The position numbers and the translations under genes were made by a program. Of a stretch of DNA of 64,000 bases, positions 12,626-24,828 are shown in pieces. Each line of letters opens with the position of its first letter. The first letter of the stretch is position 1. The DNA comes from Octopus vulgaris (Eukaryota), in contig OX597826.1 of the NCBI GenBank assembly GCA_951406725.2, positions 35,774,001-35,838,000 of the forward strand, in the 5' to 3' direction. The notes beneath the pieces are model-generated. The model saw only the letters and a program-made list of their open reading frames with translations. It did no database searches and was not told the origin of the DNA.

Positions 12626-15210
12626 TAATGATGATAACTGTAATAGTAATATCAATTCTTTCTAATTTTAGCAGAAGGCCAACAAGTTTTGGGTGGGAGG
12701 TAGTCAAATATCATGACCCCAGTACTTGATTGCTACTTTATTTTATTGAACCTGGAGGGATGAATAGCAAAGTTGACCTTGGCAGAATTTAAAGTCGCAA
12801 TGTAAAGTGCCAGAAGAAATACCTGTAAGCATATTGTCCAAAGTGCCAAAGAATCTTCATACCAAATTCACTCACAAGGCATTGTTTGACCAGGGGTTAT
12901 AGTAGAAGGCACTTACCTGAGATGCCTTGCTGTGAGACTGAGCCTAAAACCCTTTGGTCACCAAGTGTACTTTTTGACCATACACCCATACGTTCCCCAA
13001 CATGCAATATAATTTTCCCCCTGTCCAGACTCTACCAACTTTCATTCTTTTTTCTTCCTTAAGTACACAATATTCAGAATTATTATTCTTTTGGAAACTG
13101 TTCAAAGCCTCTGTGCATATTGACATCTTACTAACAGATGGGCATAATGCTGTGTAGGGATATGGAGAGGATTTCAGCCCTTCACCGAATATTCTATAGG
13201 CACCGAATTGTAGGCACTGAATATTCTATAGATTTGGTGCTCTACAAACAGGTATATCTATTATGTACAATCAATGATACTTAAATTAACAAAGAAATAT
13301 ACATTTTAATCATTGGATGAGTGAGGATGACCAATTAGCAGTCAGTAGAGCTTTTGGCAGAATGTCTGGTGGTATTTCTTCTGAGTTACAGCACATTGAG
13401 TTCAAATCTTACCAAGGTCAACTTTGTCTTACATCTGTTCATGGCTGATCAAAATTTGTCCCAGTCCAGGGCAAAGCTGTCCAAGAGTCAAGATAAAGCT
13501 GTCCAAGTGTCAAGAGACATACTTTGTAGTATCCATTGTAGATCTTTGAGTTCTGGCATCAATACCTTGGACAAATTAGGGACAAGCAGCATTGTTCCAA
13601 GTTAACATTTCTTTATTTGGATAAACCTTGGTAGAGCAAAATGGTGAGACTTGCACATAGAGACAACCAGCAGATTTCTTCAAAATAATCTTGATCAAAG
13701 GTGCACATGAACAAATAGAAGTGCTGTCAACTTTGACCAGCAGGGTCCTTAAATAGTGAATTAAATGACAAGCATGAATCCAAGTCAGGTTAATGTTTAC
13801 CTGTCATCTGTTTCAATTTCTTAAGAAAAAATAAAAGATAAGGGACAGTTCTATGATGTATGTTCTAAACAGAATCTCTTTTCGCAGTAACATTTTCTTT
13901 ATTTTCTTTCCATGCTGCACTGTATATTGATCTGTTCTTCGATGGTTTCTGTAACATCATTATATGAGGAGGTTGCAAGCCCATAGCTTAAGCTATCCCC
14001 ATTTCTCCTGAAAGGGATTTTGTGAGTGGATTCACTGCAGTTATTCTCACAATGCAACAGGGTAGGTTCTATACTAAGAGAAAAAGAAATCGATAAATGG
14101 AGAGAGAGAGAGAGTGAGTGTATTTGTTGGTATGGTATTGACATTAACCCTGACCATATGAAGGGCAACGTGGACCTCTGTGAGATTTGAACTCAGAGCA
14201 CAGAGACAGCAAGAACAACATATGCTTTAACAACTCTATCCATTCACTGCCTTCCACACATAACTTGAAAATAAAAGTTTATTTCTGCTTTATAGAAGAT
14301 AGATAGATAGATAGGTAAATAGATGGATAGCTAGAGAGATAGATAGATAAATAGGGGGAAAGAGAATGAGTGTGTGTACATGTGTGATCAAGAGCAGTGA
14401 GAGAGAGAAAAGAGAGAGGCAGCTGAGAAAGTGTGTGTGTGTGCGTGCATGCTTAGAAAAACTTAAAAACACAAGGAAGAAAATTTGTAGCAGGAGAATG
14501 TGTGAATGAAAAACAAATGGTTCACAGTTAGGTGTTTAATCATTAGAATTCCTAGAAGAAAGATTAAATTTAATTCTGTCTCTAAGAGTTTTATTTTTAT
14601 TACTATTATTTATTGTTTTTTGTTTTTTTTTTGTTTTTTTTTGTTTTTTTTTTCAAAGGATTAGAACATTAGAAGTTTTGAAGAACAAGATTTAGTTTTT
14701 TAGTTTCAAAATTAAATTTCAGATCAATGAACCCACTTTTGTTATTTTTTTAAATACTAGAACACATTTCAGAGTTTGATCATTTTTTTCTGTGTGCATG
14801 TGCACTTGTGTGCAATGTATGTACATAGATAAATATATGTGCAAAAAACATACATACACACTTATACATACCTGCATATATATAATATATATACACGTAT
14901 GTGTATATGTATTTATGTATGTATATGTAATTAGTTTCTTTATCTATTTGTTTGGAAACATAAAAGTGTTCAATACATGTTTGCTGTTGAAATGCATAGA
15001 GTCTTTCAAATGCATATTTTATGCAAGATAACAGGAGATTTTAATCCAAACACAGGCTTTACAAATCTGAATTTAAATGTATGTGCACGTATGGGTATGT
15101 ATTATATAGATGAGCATTTAATATATAAATATAAGTGTCTCTGTAACTACCACTGCACAACGAATGATCATACATACATACAAACTCACATATATGTATG
15201 TATAAACACA

Positions 15211-15649
15211 CATCATCATCATTGTTCGACCGTGGTCGAGACAATGGAATTTACCATGCTACGCCAGACTTCACGGTCCATCATGGCATTATGGAGGTCC
15301 TGTTGCTGGATGCCTGTATCCCTGGAGATTACATCAGGGGAAGAGAGTGTGCACCCTCTGGTATTGCGAGTAGATGGCTTCCAGAGGAGAAGAGTAGAAA
15401 TTACTTCTTTTTCAGATCTACAACAATGTCCAGCAAACTGGACTCTCCTACCTTTCACAAGAGATGACACAGGTGGTAGTTTCCCATATATTTGCATTTT
15501 GGTTGGATGGCGCTTCCACGAGATTTTTGAGCTCTCATAAGGAGGCGAGTGTAGGTTCCATCCAATCGCCTCTCAAGCTTCTTTGATAACGTCCAGGTTT
15601 CTGAGCCATATAGTAGAATTGGTTCGACTGTGGCTTTGAAGATTTCAAG
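15211..15649 (-). mobile_element. RTE-clade LINE 3' end (family 2)
   Basis: IFKATVEPILLYGSETWTLSKKLERRLDGTYTRLL...FAGHCCR...VSTTVEQ* followed by (TGA)n; same family as 55478-55974. Confidence 0.92.
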
Positions 15650-15959
15650 CATGCACACACACACATACACACAGTGATAGTTCCACCTTTACAAATAATT
15701 ACCATCTCGGTGCTACCTTGTTATCAATGGCATTTCTGACTATTCAATTGCACCATAGGTCTGTATAGTTTGAAGCATAGGTGGTAGATGAAAGTTGTAA
15801 GACACTGTATACTTCCAACTGGTCTCTGCACACTGCTGGTCTCTTCTCTCACCTAAGGACTTTCAGTAGATGGAATGATGAATGAGATCACCATAAAGGG
15901 ACATCTGTACATCTGGACTGGATTATGGTGATGAAATGTTTGTCGAACATGAGTTCAAC

Positions 15960-16425
15960 ACTGAGTCTCTGTAATTAGTACCTAGACAGGCTGAAACAAG
16001 ATGACAAATGTTCAGATTCTCCTGGCTAGGATAAGCAGAGTACATGTTTTGGTATATTTTGGCTGGCATGAATTAATATGCATGTACCGTTTACAGTCTA
16101 TTTGTTGGTAGTAAATGTCAGTTTCTTTGTGTCTTTTTTTACAATCAAAATGTATTGGAATGGTAACTGTTTTTGGTTACATTCCATCGCAAAATAAATA
16201 CTATTATTGATGCTACTGAGTAGAGATTTGAAATCATTGCATCCCTCGACTTTGTATGTCCACAGAATGAGGCAGTCATCTAAGTACTATTTCTGATTTT
16301 TTTTTACCAGATATTTTTAGACATTGATACCATGCTTTGATGTGGTTTGTTCATACAATTCGACTTCTAGACATGCAATAACTAAATTGGTATAAGTTGA
16401 AGCAACTCTTCTTTTGGGCATGTTT
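15960..16425 (-). mobile_element. Penelope-like element (PLE) reverse transcriptase fragment, decayed
   Basis: Minus strand: VASTYTNLVIACLEVELYE...YLDDCLILW...FKSLLSSINNSIYFAME...QLPFQYILI, matching PLE RT motifs (APTYANL.M..LE, RYLDDC, IKFTME, LPFLD). Confidence 0.8.
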
Positions 16426-17083
16426 TTTAAATACACAGCTACATTCAAGTTTAGTCTTCCATACTTTAAATTTCTTTTATCTATTTATTTATTTTTTATA
16501 TTTCTGATAAGTATTTCACAGTTGGTCTGAATAATAGAATTCTTAAATTCAGGATCAAAGTTTCCAGAATTTCACAGTCTCATTTCCCAAGAACCTAATA
16601 TAATTGGTGTCTGAATTGTTTCTTATTTAGTGGTTCAATTCATGGAAATATTCTTGCCCAAGTTCCTTTGAGCATTGGCTTCATACAGCAGAAGCCATAT
16701 GCTGATTTTGTCTATTATGGTTAAATGTTGGAAGGGATTTTTTTTTGTTTTTTTGTCAGTAGTCACATGTTGCTTTTTTGATGTATGAGCCTTGTGAGTT
16801 GATTTTACCATTCACATTGAGTATATTTTCCACAATTAACTTTGTATTCTTGTGTGGAATTTTATGAAGTATATAAGTATTTTCAAGTAGTATTTACACA
16901 CACACACATATATTTATCAATTTGTTTTGCAAGATTCTTGATCTGAAATTGTGTGTTGAAACAGATGTTGTATTTTGAGATGGTCATCCTTTATTCATTC
17001 CTCAGCCAAATAAACACAGACACCATATTTTTTTTTCACTTGTTTATTACTGTTCTTATTTTATTATTTTAACTCATGTCCAT

Positions 17084-17128
17084 TGTCTGGAAATCATTCA
17101 TCACGCATCTGTGACCTCTTCGGCAACA
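17084..17128 (-). ncRNA. decayed minimal type-I hammerhead motif
   Basis: TGTTG-CCGAAGA-G-GTCAC-AGATGC-GTGAT-GAAT-GATT-TC-CAGACA: stems I and II are present but there are two core substitutions. Confidence 0.45.
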
Positions 17129-17345
17129 CTTTTTGTTTTTGTGAGTCTTCTTGTATATAGCTATCTATCCATCCATCCATCCATATGTATATGTATATAT
17201 GTATATGAACAAGTAACAAAACACCTTAGAGATAAATTTTCTCTTAGATATGTAATTTCCAAGCATATCAGCTTAGGATTTTACAAGCTATGCACATGTA
17301 AGTCATTAGACTGGCTAGCTGATTTACCTTCAACCCAGGCGGGTA

Positions 17346-17394
17346 GGTGACGTTGATAATCCACAAAAATGGTGAAACATCGATGTCCATCACC
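17346..17394 (+). ncRNA. minimal type-I hammerhead ribozyme candidate with U3-A8 core
   Basis: GGTGACG-TTGATAA-TCCA-CAAAAA-TGGT-GAAA-CATCGATG-TC-CATCACC: stem I 6 of 7 bp, palindromic stem III, GUC triplet (cleavage after 17387). Confidence 0.7.
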
Positions 17395-17534
17395 CCCAAA
17401 TGGTACTGAAGGTGAGTTATTTCCATGGTTCTAAGGTGTTTTAACACTGGTGACATGAGAGTTATACACTCTGCTACACCATTGCAATCACCAGAAAATA
17501 CACAAAGCATATACATTAGAATATGTATTTAACA

Positions 17535-17581
<47 letters not shown>

Positions 17582-17637
17582 TATACATATGGATGGATGG
17601 ATGGATAGATAGCTATATAGACAGACAGATAGAGTAA

Positions 17638-17761
17638 CAAACTGCTATTCAAGGCTTCACATAACTATTCATCAGGCACTTTTGATAATGCAGATGATGT
17701 TATCATGATATTATCATTATTGTCTCATGAATGGTTATGTGAAACTCTGAGTAACAGTTTG
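17638..17761. ncRNA. inverted pair of hammerhead-like motifs (PLE pseudo-LTR type)
   Basis: Arms 17638-17689 and 17710-17761 are inverted copies. Plus: TGT-CTCATGA-ATGGTTATGT-GAAA-CTCTGAG-TA-ACA. Minus: TGC-CTGATGA-ATAGTTATGT-GAAG-CCTTGAA-TA-GCA. Confidence 0.6.
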
Positions 17762-18780
17762 TGGAGTCCTATTTTCACTTCAATACAAGGGTATTTTACT
17801 CTACATTTGGGATTTGCGCACTGTTTTTTTAACCATGTTTTGCACCTATATATATCTGTATATGTGTGTACTTATATATAGAGGGATATAGATTTAAATA
17901 TAAGTTTAGATGTATGTGTATACATATATAGAGAGTTATTGCTCAAAGTGATCCAGTAACAAACCATTAAATCTACAAATTTGATCCTAATCAACTTAAA
18001 ACTAACTGGAAGTATTCTACAAGATGTTTACAGTTATGGTTTATACCATAGACCTAACTGGAAAAGAAAATAATTCTTTAAAAAATCAGCTTTGTCAAAA
18101 ATACCATTCCAACATCAATGTTAAAAAATCAAAAGTTTTTTTATATACATATCTGTGTTTGCATACGAGCGCACACCTATATATATGTATATGTACATCC
18201 GTATCTATTTATATACAAACATATACACATATATATATATTTATACACACACACACATATATGTATATATGTGTATGCCTCTCTGTGTGTGTATATATAT
18301 ATATAGATAGATGTATGTATATCTATATTTGCACACACATGCATGCATGCACACACACACACACACATACTCCCGCACAGATACGCACTCATGTTGATAC
18401 AAATCTTGGAAGTTACAAACATCAAAACATGCAAACGTGAAGAAGCACAAGAACAGATAAACAAAAAATCTTATATTTATACATGGAAATTAAAAAAAAA
18501 AAAAAGTGACACAGAACACAACTGAGAAGATTATAGAAGATAAATAACATGGTTACTGGTGTTATATTTAGTTGTTTATTGATGGTTGCTGTCAAATTTA
18601 CATGGACAGACCAGTGACAATTGAGATGTGTCCTCTTCTGTCGCCTTGAGAAGACTAATACTGACGTTTGGTGGGAGAAAACTGGGTGTAAAACTGACAA
18701 GCAGGCATACATACACATTTATGTCTGTATGTATATATATGCATATATAAATCATATATATGCATGTGTATGTAACTATA

Positions 18781-18822
<42 letters not shown>

Positions 18823-18884
18823 TGTGTGTGTGTATCATTATTTCCAGTGTAATATATGGATTTATGGAATCTTGTGGCTTTCAG

Positions 18885-18923
18885 AGAAAGACTTTCGAAT
18901 AGACTCAGTTAGCAGATCACATG
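18885..18923 (+). CDS. candidate 39-nt symmetric micro-exon, (x)KDFRIDSVSRSH(G); gene unknown
   Basis: Acceptor GGCTTTCAG|, donor ATG|GTAACC, length divisible by 3, open in phase 1, in TE-free sequence. No homology recognised. Confidence 0.3.
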
Positions 18924-20321
18924 GTAACCCAATACAGAAGAGAATAATGCAGGGTTCCATGCAGCTTAAATGCAGCATATCGCAACTGGTACTTTATTTA
19001 TTACCAATTCTGCCAGATCACTCCCTACACCAGTTTAATAATAAAAAAGTTTTTTTTACTAAATTCTTAATTATTTAAGAAATTAATTGAAACAATGGCG
19101 ATGAATTTCAGCAGAAATATAGGAAGAAAAGTGTTAAGTGATATTTTTCTGCAATGACTTAAAAAATTTGAGAAAATTGGGTTGGAATACAGAATAAAAT
19201 GTAAATACATATTTTGAGTGGAGATCAAAACTGTCTCTAACAGCAAATACATGATTTTTTTTCCAATATAGCATGGTTTTCATAAACCAACCACAAAACA
19301 ACAGAAATCTGGAAAAATATATAATTCTTGTAGACTTATAGAAAAGAAGAGAAAATTCACCGGAACACTAAGGCATACTTAGCCGAACCCTATTGGAGAG
19401 CAGGCACTCAGTGTGTTCTGATGCAATAGCATCATCATCATCATCATCATCATCGTCACCACCATCATTATCCTCGTTGTCATCGCCATAATCACTATCA
19501 TCATCATCATCACAAATATTAGTAGTAGTTATGATTATTATTACATCATCATCATCACTCTAATCATCTTCATCAGTAGCAGCTGTTTTTTTTCATTTTA
19601 TTTTAGTTTTCTTTAAGTATCTATTTTTATCCTTATTATCAGTATATTACTGCTATTGTTATTTTTATTATTGTCAGTGGTATTATTGCTATTATCATTG
19701 TTATTATAAACACTGATATCATCATCATCACCATCGTCAATACTAGTAGTAGAGGAGGAGGAGTAATATTAATATCATATTGTGTGTGTGTGTGTGTGTG
19801 TGTACCTTTCAGGAAAACGACGATATTAAGTTGCGGTTGGAAGTGAAAAGAAACAAGGAGAAAAAAAAACATAAATGATAAAAGAAAAAAACACGAAAAA
19901 TTCTCTATGGAAAAATGGTTTTAGGCCAAATGCTTGCAGGCATCGATTTTAGTAATTCCCGTGATCATGTTCTTCACATCAATGCTTACATACATGTTCT
20001 TGTTGTGGTTCCACACACATTTATATCCATTTCTTCCCTTGTAATTGTGTATAAATTGGCACTTAAACCTATCTTTTCACAAATATATGGACATCCATTC
20101 TTAGTTTTCTATAAAATATCCCATTGATATTACACTTTAATAGGAATTGCCAAAATTGTTCGAAACTTTTATTAAACCATTAAAAGATACATGTACTTTC
20201 AGGTGCCATTCTTAAAGATGAAGTTCCGATATTATTTTCTCCTTCTTACAGATTTAATATATATATATATATATGTATGCATGTATATGTGCATATATAT
20301 ATACATACACACACACACACG

Positions 20322-20390
<69 letters not shown>

Positions 20391-21000
20391 TATGTATGTA
20401 TATATTTATACATATATATATATATGTATATATACATATATATATATATAAGCACATAAACACATATCCATAAAGATTTATGTACAGTATATATATATAT
20501 ATATATATATACAGATAAATATATGTACATATATATAAATATATGCACATACATATAAATATCTACATATATATGTATATATATATACATATATATATAA
20601 AATTATATATATATGTATATATAAAATTATATATATATATATATATACACACATATGAATATACATACATTTATATATACATATGAATATACATACATAT
20701 ATATATACATATATACAATCTATACATATAATATGTATGAATGTATATACCCATGTATGGATGTATATACCCATGTATGAATGTATATACCTATGTATGT
20801 ATATATATGTATGTGTGCATGCATGTACCTAAATATATATTGTCTTGAAAGTGGAAACAGCAATTTTGTTTTCCTTTATATTTTAAATTATGATGATAAT
20901 GATGCACAAGCTTTTTCCAATTTCCTGAAATATTTTGAAACTTTTTATTACTATTATTATTTTCTTTCTTTCTTGCAAGGTTGAAGTTGGGCTTGAACGG

Positions 21001-21137
<137 letters not shown>

Positions 21138-21589
21138 ATGATAATTCTTAATAATTTTGGCACAGAGCCAGTAATTTTTGAAGGGAAAGGGAAGTTTTTG
21201 ACATTGACCTTAGCACTTGACTGTTCTTTATTGTATTGTATTGACCATGAAAGGATGAAAGAATTTGAACTTGGAGAATGAAGGGCAAGATGAAATGTCA
21301 ATAAGCATTTTGTCCAATGTGTCAATAATTCGGACAAGCTGCTGCTTTAATAAAAATGTTTCCTTTGTTGTCTGTAAGGGTCAAACACAAATACAATAGG
21401 GACAATACAACGCAAGGGACAAGTGGAGTTTGGCACTATGTTGGGCATAAAATAAATAACAAATAACAATAAAATTGAACAATAAAATTTCCCCAAATGA
21501 GGGGGAGTTCCTCACAGGGACAACTGAAGAACTCACACATTGTAGTTACCCTGACCATCAGGGGTACTTCAGTGGGTGCCTCTCTCTTT

Positions 21590-21960
21590 ATCAGTACAAC
21601 ATGCTGGACTAAGTCATGGCATACAAAGTAAATGACATGTGCTCTATAATTGACGGTGAGTGCCCATTTGACCCACAGATAGTTAAGAAGGAAGGTAAGG
21701 AAGTTGACATATACAGTCTCTTAAATACAAGATAGTGGAATTGCGGAGGATGGAAAAGATGCTGATTATTGGTGGGGCCTGAGGGGCATTATCAAAAGAT
21801 ATCGAGAGGAACATAAAGGAAATGGGAATAGAATGTCTGGCAGAGCTGTTACAAAATGTTTATCATTTTGATATGACCAGAACCATCAGGAAAGTATCAG
21901 AGAGTTGAAGAGAACAAGCAGCATGTTGCCATAGACTGCAGGTAGTCAGACCACTATTCA
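21590..21960 (+). mobile_element. R4/Dong-clade LINE 3' remnant
   Basis: IIDGECPFDPQIVKKE...GA*GALSKDIERNIKEMGIECLAELLQNV...RTIRKVSES*. Confidence 0.7.
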
Positions 21961-22037
21961 TGCGAGACTGCCGGACTTCCAATGGAATAATGTTTGCCTC
22001 TCAAACCCTCTGTCATTGGGCTGAAGTGATGATAGTC

Positions 22038-22284
22038 CAGTGACGAGGAAGTGAAAACTGTATTGAAGTGGCTCAAAGAACAGTCAACAGAATTTTATGG
22101 GGCAGGGATACATGCTCTCATTCGAAGGTGGAACATTGGTATTGAGAGAAACAGTGACTGTATTGAGAAGTAGGAATGTGATCCACAGAGAACCAGCTTC
22201 ATTTTGATGTATGATACATGTTTCTATGTTGGTAATTATACTTGTCCTAAACAAAATGGCATTACTTTTTGACTCACGCTCGTA
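22038..22284 (+). mobile_element. mariner transposon 3' end with TIR
   Basis: DEEVKT/VLKWLKEQSTEFYGAGIHALIRRWNIGIERNSDCIEK*; ends ATTACTTTTTGACTCACGCTCG|TA. Confidence 0.88.
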
Positions 22285-22304
22285 TATGTATGTATGTATA
22301 TATA

Positions 22305-22488
22305 TAGTTGAAATTTACAGGAACACAAAAGACGAAGACAGGTATGTAAACAACAAACATGTGTATTAGTTTAATGCTCAGGAAGTGAAAAAGTCTTTTA
22401 CGTTTCAAGCCTGTGCTCTTCAGCAGAAAGGAACATGGGGAAATAAACAGAGAGAGAAAACTTTTGGAGTTAGCAGTCAATCATGACA
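22305..22488 (-). mobile_element. short repeat carrying a minimal hammerhead-like motif (22395-22430)
   Basis: Minus: CTTT-CTGCTGAA-GAGC-ACAG-GCTT-GAAA-CG-TA-AAAG. Three copies in the window, each with its 3' end against (TA)n. Confidence 0.65.
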
Positions 22489-22860
22489 TATATATATATA
22501 TAATTTATTTCGTTTTGGGATTTGGTTTGCAAGATTCTTTATATGAGTTCATGTGTAGAAGCGTATTCTGTTGTGTCTGGGGAGAGTCATTTTTTTTTGT
22601 GCCTTATAATTTAACACACTCACTGGTAAAATTTCCACTTATTTCTTATAAAAATAAGAAAATGACTCTCCTCAGACAGAACAGTATATATAATTTACTT
22701 CTCTGAATGCACATGCATGCACACATGTACACACAATTACAATTTCATACATGTGCATGTTTGCACATATGCACACACAAAAACGTGCATCTGTATATCT
22801 TGTTTCAGCATTGTTTCTCTGAAATAATGAATTTTATGGTTTTTCTGGAAATACTGTCAT

Positions 22861-23654
22861 TTTACCCTTTTAGCATTTAAACCAGCCATAACTGGCCCCA
22901 ATATTCTATGTGCTTTGTGCTAAAACTTACCAGATCCAACCTCTCATGCCTCCTTTACAATGTCATTCTAAAAATATACAATCACATCATTGAAATTGCC
23001 TGACTAGAGGATAATAGAAGATTAATTGAAAACAATGAGAATAAATAAGCATTTCACACAGTAAGGCAGTGAGTTGGCTGAATTGTTAGCAAGCTGGGTG
23101 AAATGCTTAGCAGTATTCCATCTGCAACTACAATGTGAGTTCAAATTCCACTGAGGTCGACTTTGCCTTTCATCCTTTGACGGTCAATTAAATAAATACC
23201 TATTTCTTTATTATCCACAAGGAGCTAAACACTGAAGGCACAAACAAGGACAGACATAGGTATTAAGTCGATTACATCGACCCCAGTGCGTAACTGGTAC
23301 TTAATTCATCGACCCCGAAAGGATGAAAGGCGAAGTTGGCCTCGGCAGAATTTGAACTCACAACGTAACGGCAGACGAAATACGGCTACGCATTTCGCCC
23401 GGTGTGCTAACGTTTCTGCCAGCTCGCCGCATTTGCTTACGTTTCTGCCAGCTCGCCACCTTATTAAATAAATATGTATTACATACAATTAAATACATAT
23501 TAAATACATATTAAAATACAATTAAATAAATACCAGTTACAGATTGGGCTTGATATAATCAACTTAAACTACTCCCTGCAAATTCTGGGCCTCGTGCCTA
23601 TAATAGAAAGGATTCCATTTGATTGTTAAAGTAATTTTAACATTGAAGGGTTAA
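22861..23654. mobile_element. piggyBac-type MITE interrupted by nested SINEs
   Basis: Ends TTTACCCTTTTAGCATT and AACATTGAAGGG|TTAA (CCC/GGG termini, TTAA site); SINE B copies lie inside. Confidence 0.7.
23063..23613. mobile_element. tRNA-derived SINE family B (+) with a second family-B copy (-, 23199-23462) inserted in it
   Basis: Plus copy GAGTTCAAATTCC...GTCGACTTTGCCTTTCATCCTTTG is split at TTAAATAAATA, which occurs on both sides of the inner minus copy. Confidence 0.88.
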
Positions 23655-24171
23655 AGTGTAAAAACTTACAGCATTGTTGGTGTAGATATTGGGAAAGAAT
23701 GCGGGGTTTGAACCAACGGAATTTGTGTTCAATGATTTTATGGAAGTTTAAGTTACGTTGACGCATTGTGTTGAAGATTTTTCTAATTATATCCACTTAA
23801 CATCAGTGTGTCACAGTAATATCTAAATGTTCTGATGAAAGAGGCTTCATCTAACGAAAGACTTGACAAGTGTATGTCTTATATGCTTAACTTGATTCAT
23901 AATGCCAAGAGGTGTGTTTACAGGGAAATGCATGCGAATGGCTGACTGCAACTACTTTGGTGTGTGCATATGCATAAACGTATTTGTGTCCATGTTTGTA
24001 TGTTTACACACACATACACACATACATATACATTATATATACATATACACACACATTTATATACATATACATATATACATTTATATATATATATACATAG
24101 ATACACATGTATATATACATATACATACACATATATATATGCATATATATTATATACATATATATACATAA

Positions 24172-24221
<50 letters not shown>

Positions 24222-24437
24222 GTGTGTATGTATGCATGTGTACATACACCATATGCACTCATACATTTGTACATATATGTGTATGTGTATGCATACGTAT
24301 ATACACCATATGCACTCATATATTTGTAGGTAGGTGTGCATATATAAATATACGAGTGTAATTATAACTGGTAATTAATTTGGTCTTTATTTTTGTTTTG
24401 TTTTTCTTATATATTTTCATTTCCTTTTTATTTGCAG

Positions 24438-24494
24438 CATCAAGTTGTTCCATGCAGCGGAATACTTGAAAGTAGCGAAATGATACTGAAGTGA
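24438..24494 (+). CDS. candidate terminal coding exon; frame uncertain
   Basis: Long polypyrimidine tract ending TTTGCAG| at 24437. All three frames stop within 57 nt and about 3 kb of TE-free UTR-like sequence follows. Confidence 0.3.
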   Translation, partial: HQVVPCSGILESSEMILK

Positions 24495-24777
24495 TGAATT
24501 TGATGTGAAAAGGGTTTTTGAAATGGAACCAAAGAGACTTTTAGATACTTCAGTCAAAAATAAGGAAACACAAAAAAATAAAACAATAGGAGAGAAAAAA
24601 ATTATTATTTAAAAATGCAATTACAAGTAATTTGCACAAAAAACAAAGTTAAAACAATAGCAAATTATTATTTTTATTCTATTGTAAATTTATCTGATTT
24701 TAATAAGAGGAAGTAATGTGAAATATGCATGCATACCAATAAATGTATATGTGTGTGTGTGTGTGTATATGTATCTA

Positions 24778-24828
<51 letters not shown>

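Noticed and set aside
23826-23890. CTGATGA...GAAAGAC...GTCTTA as a hammerhead
   Set aside because: Stems I and II do not pair convincingly.
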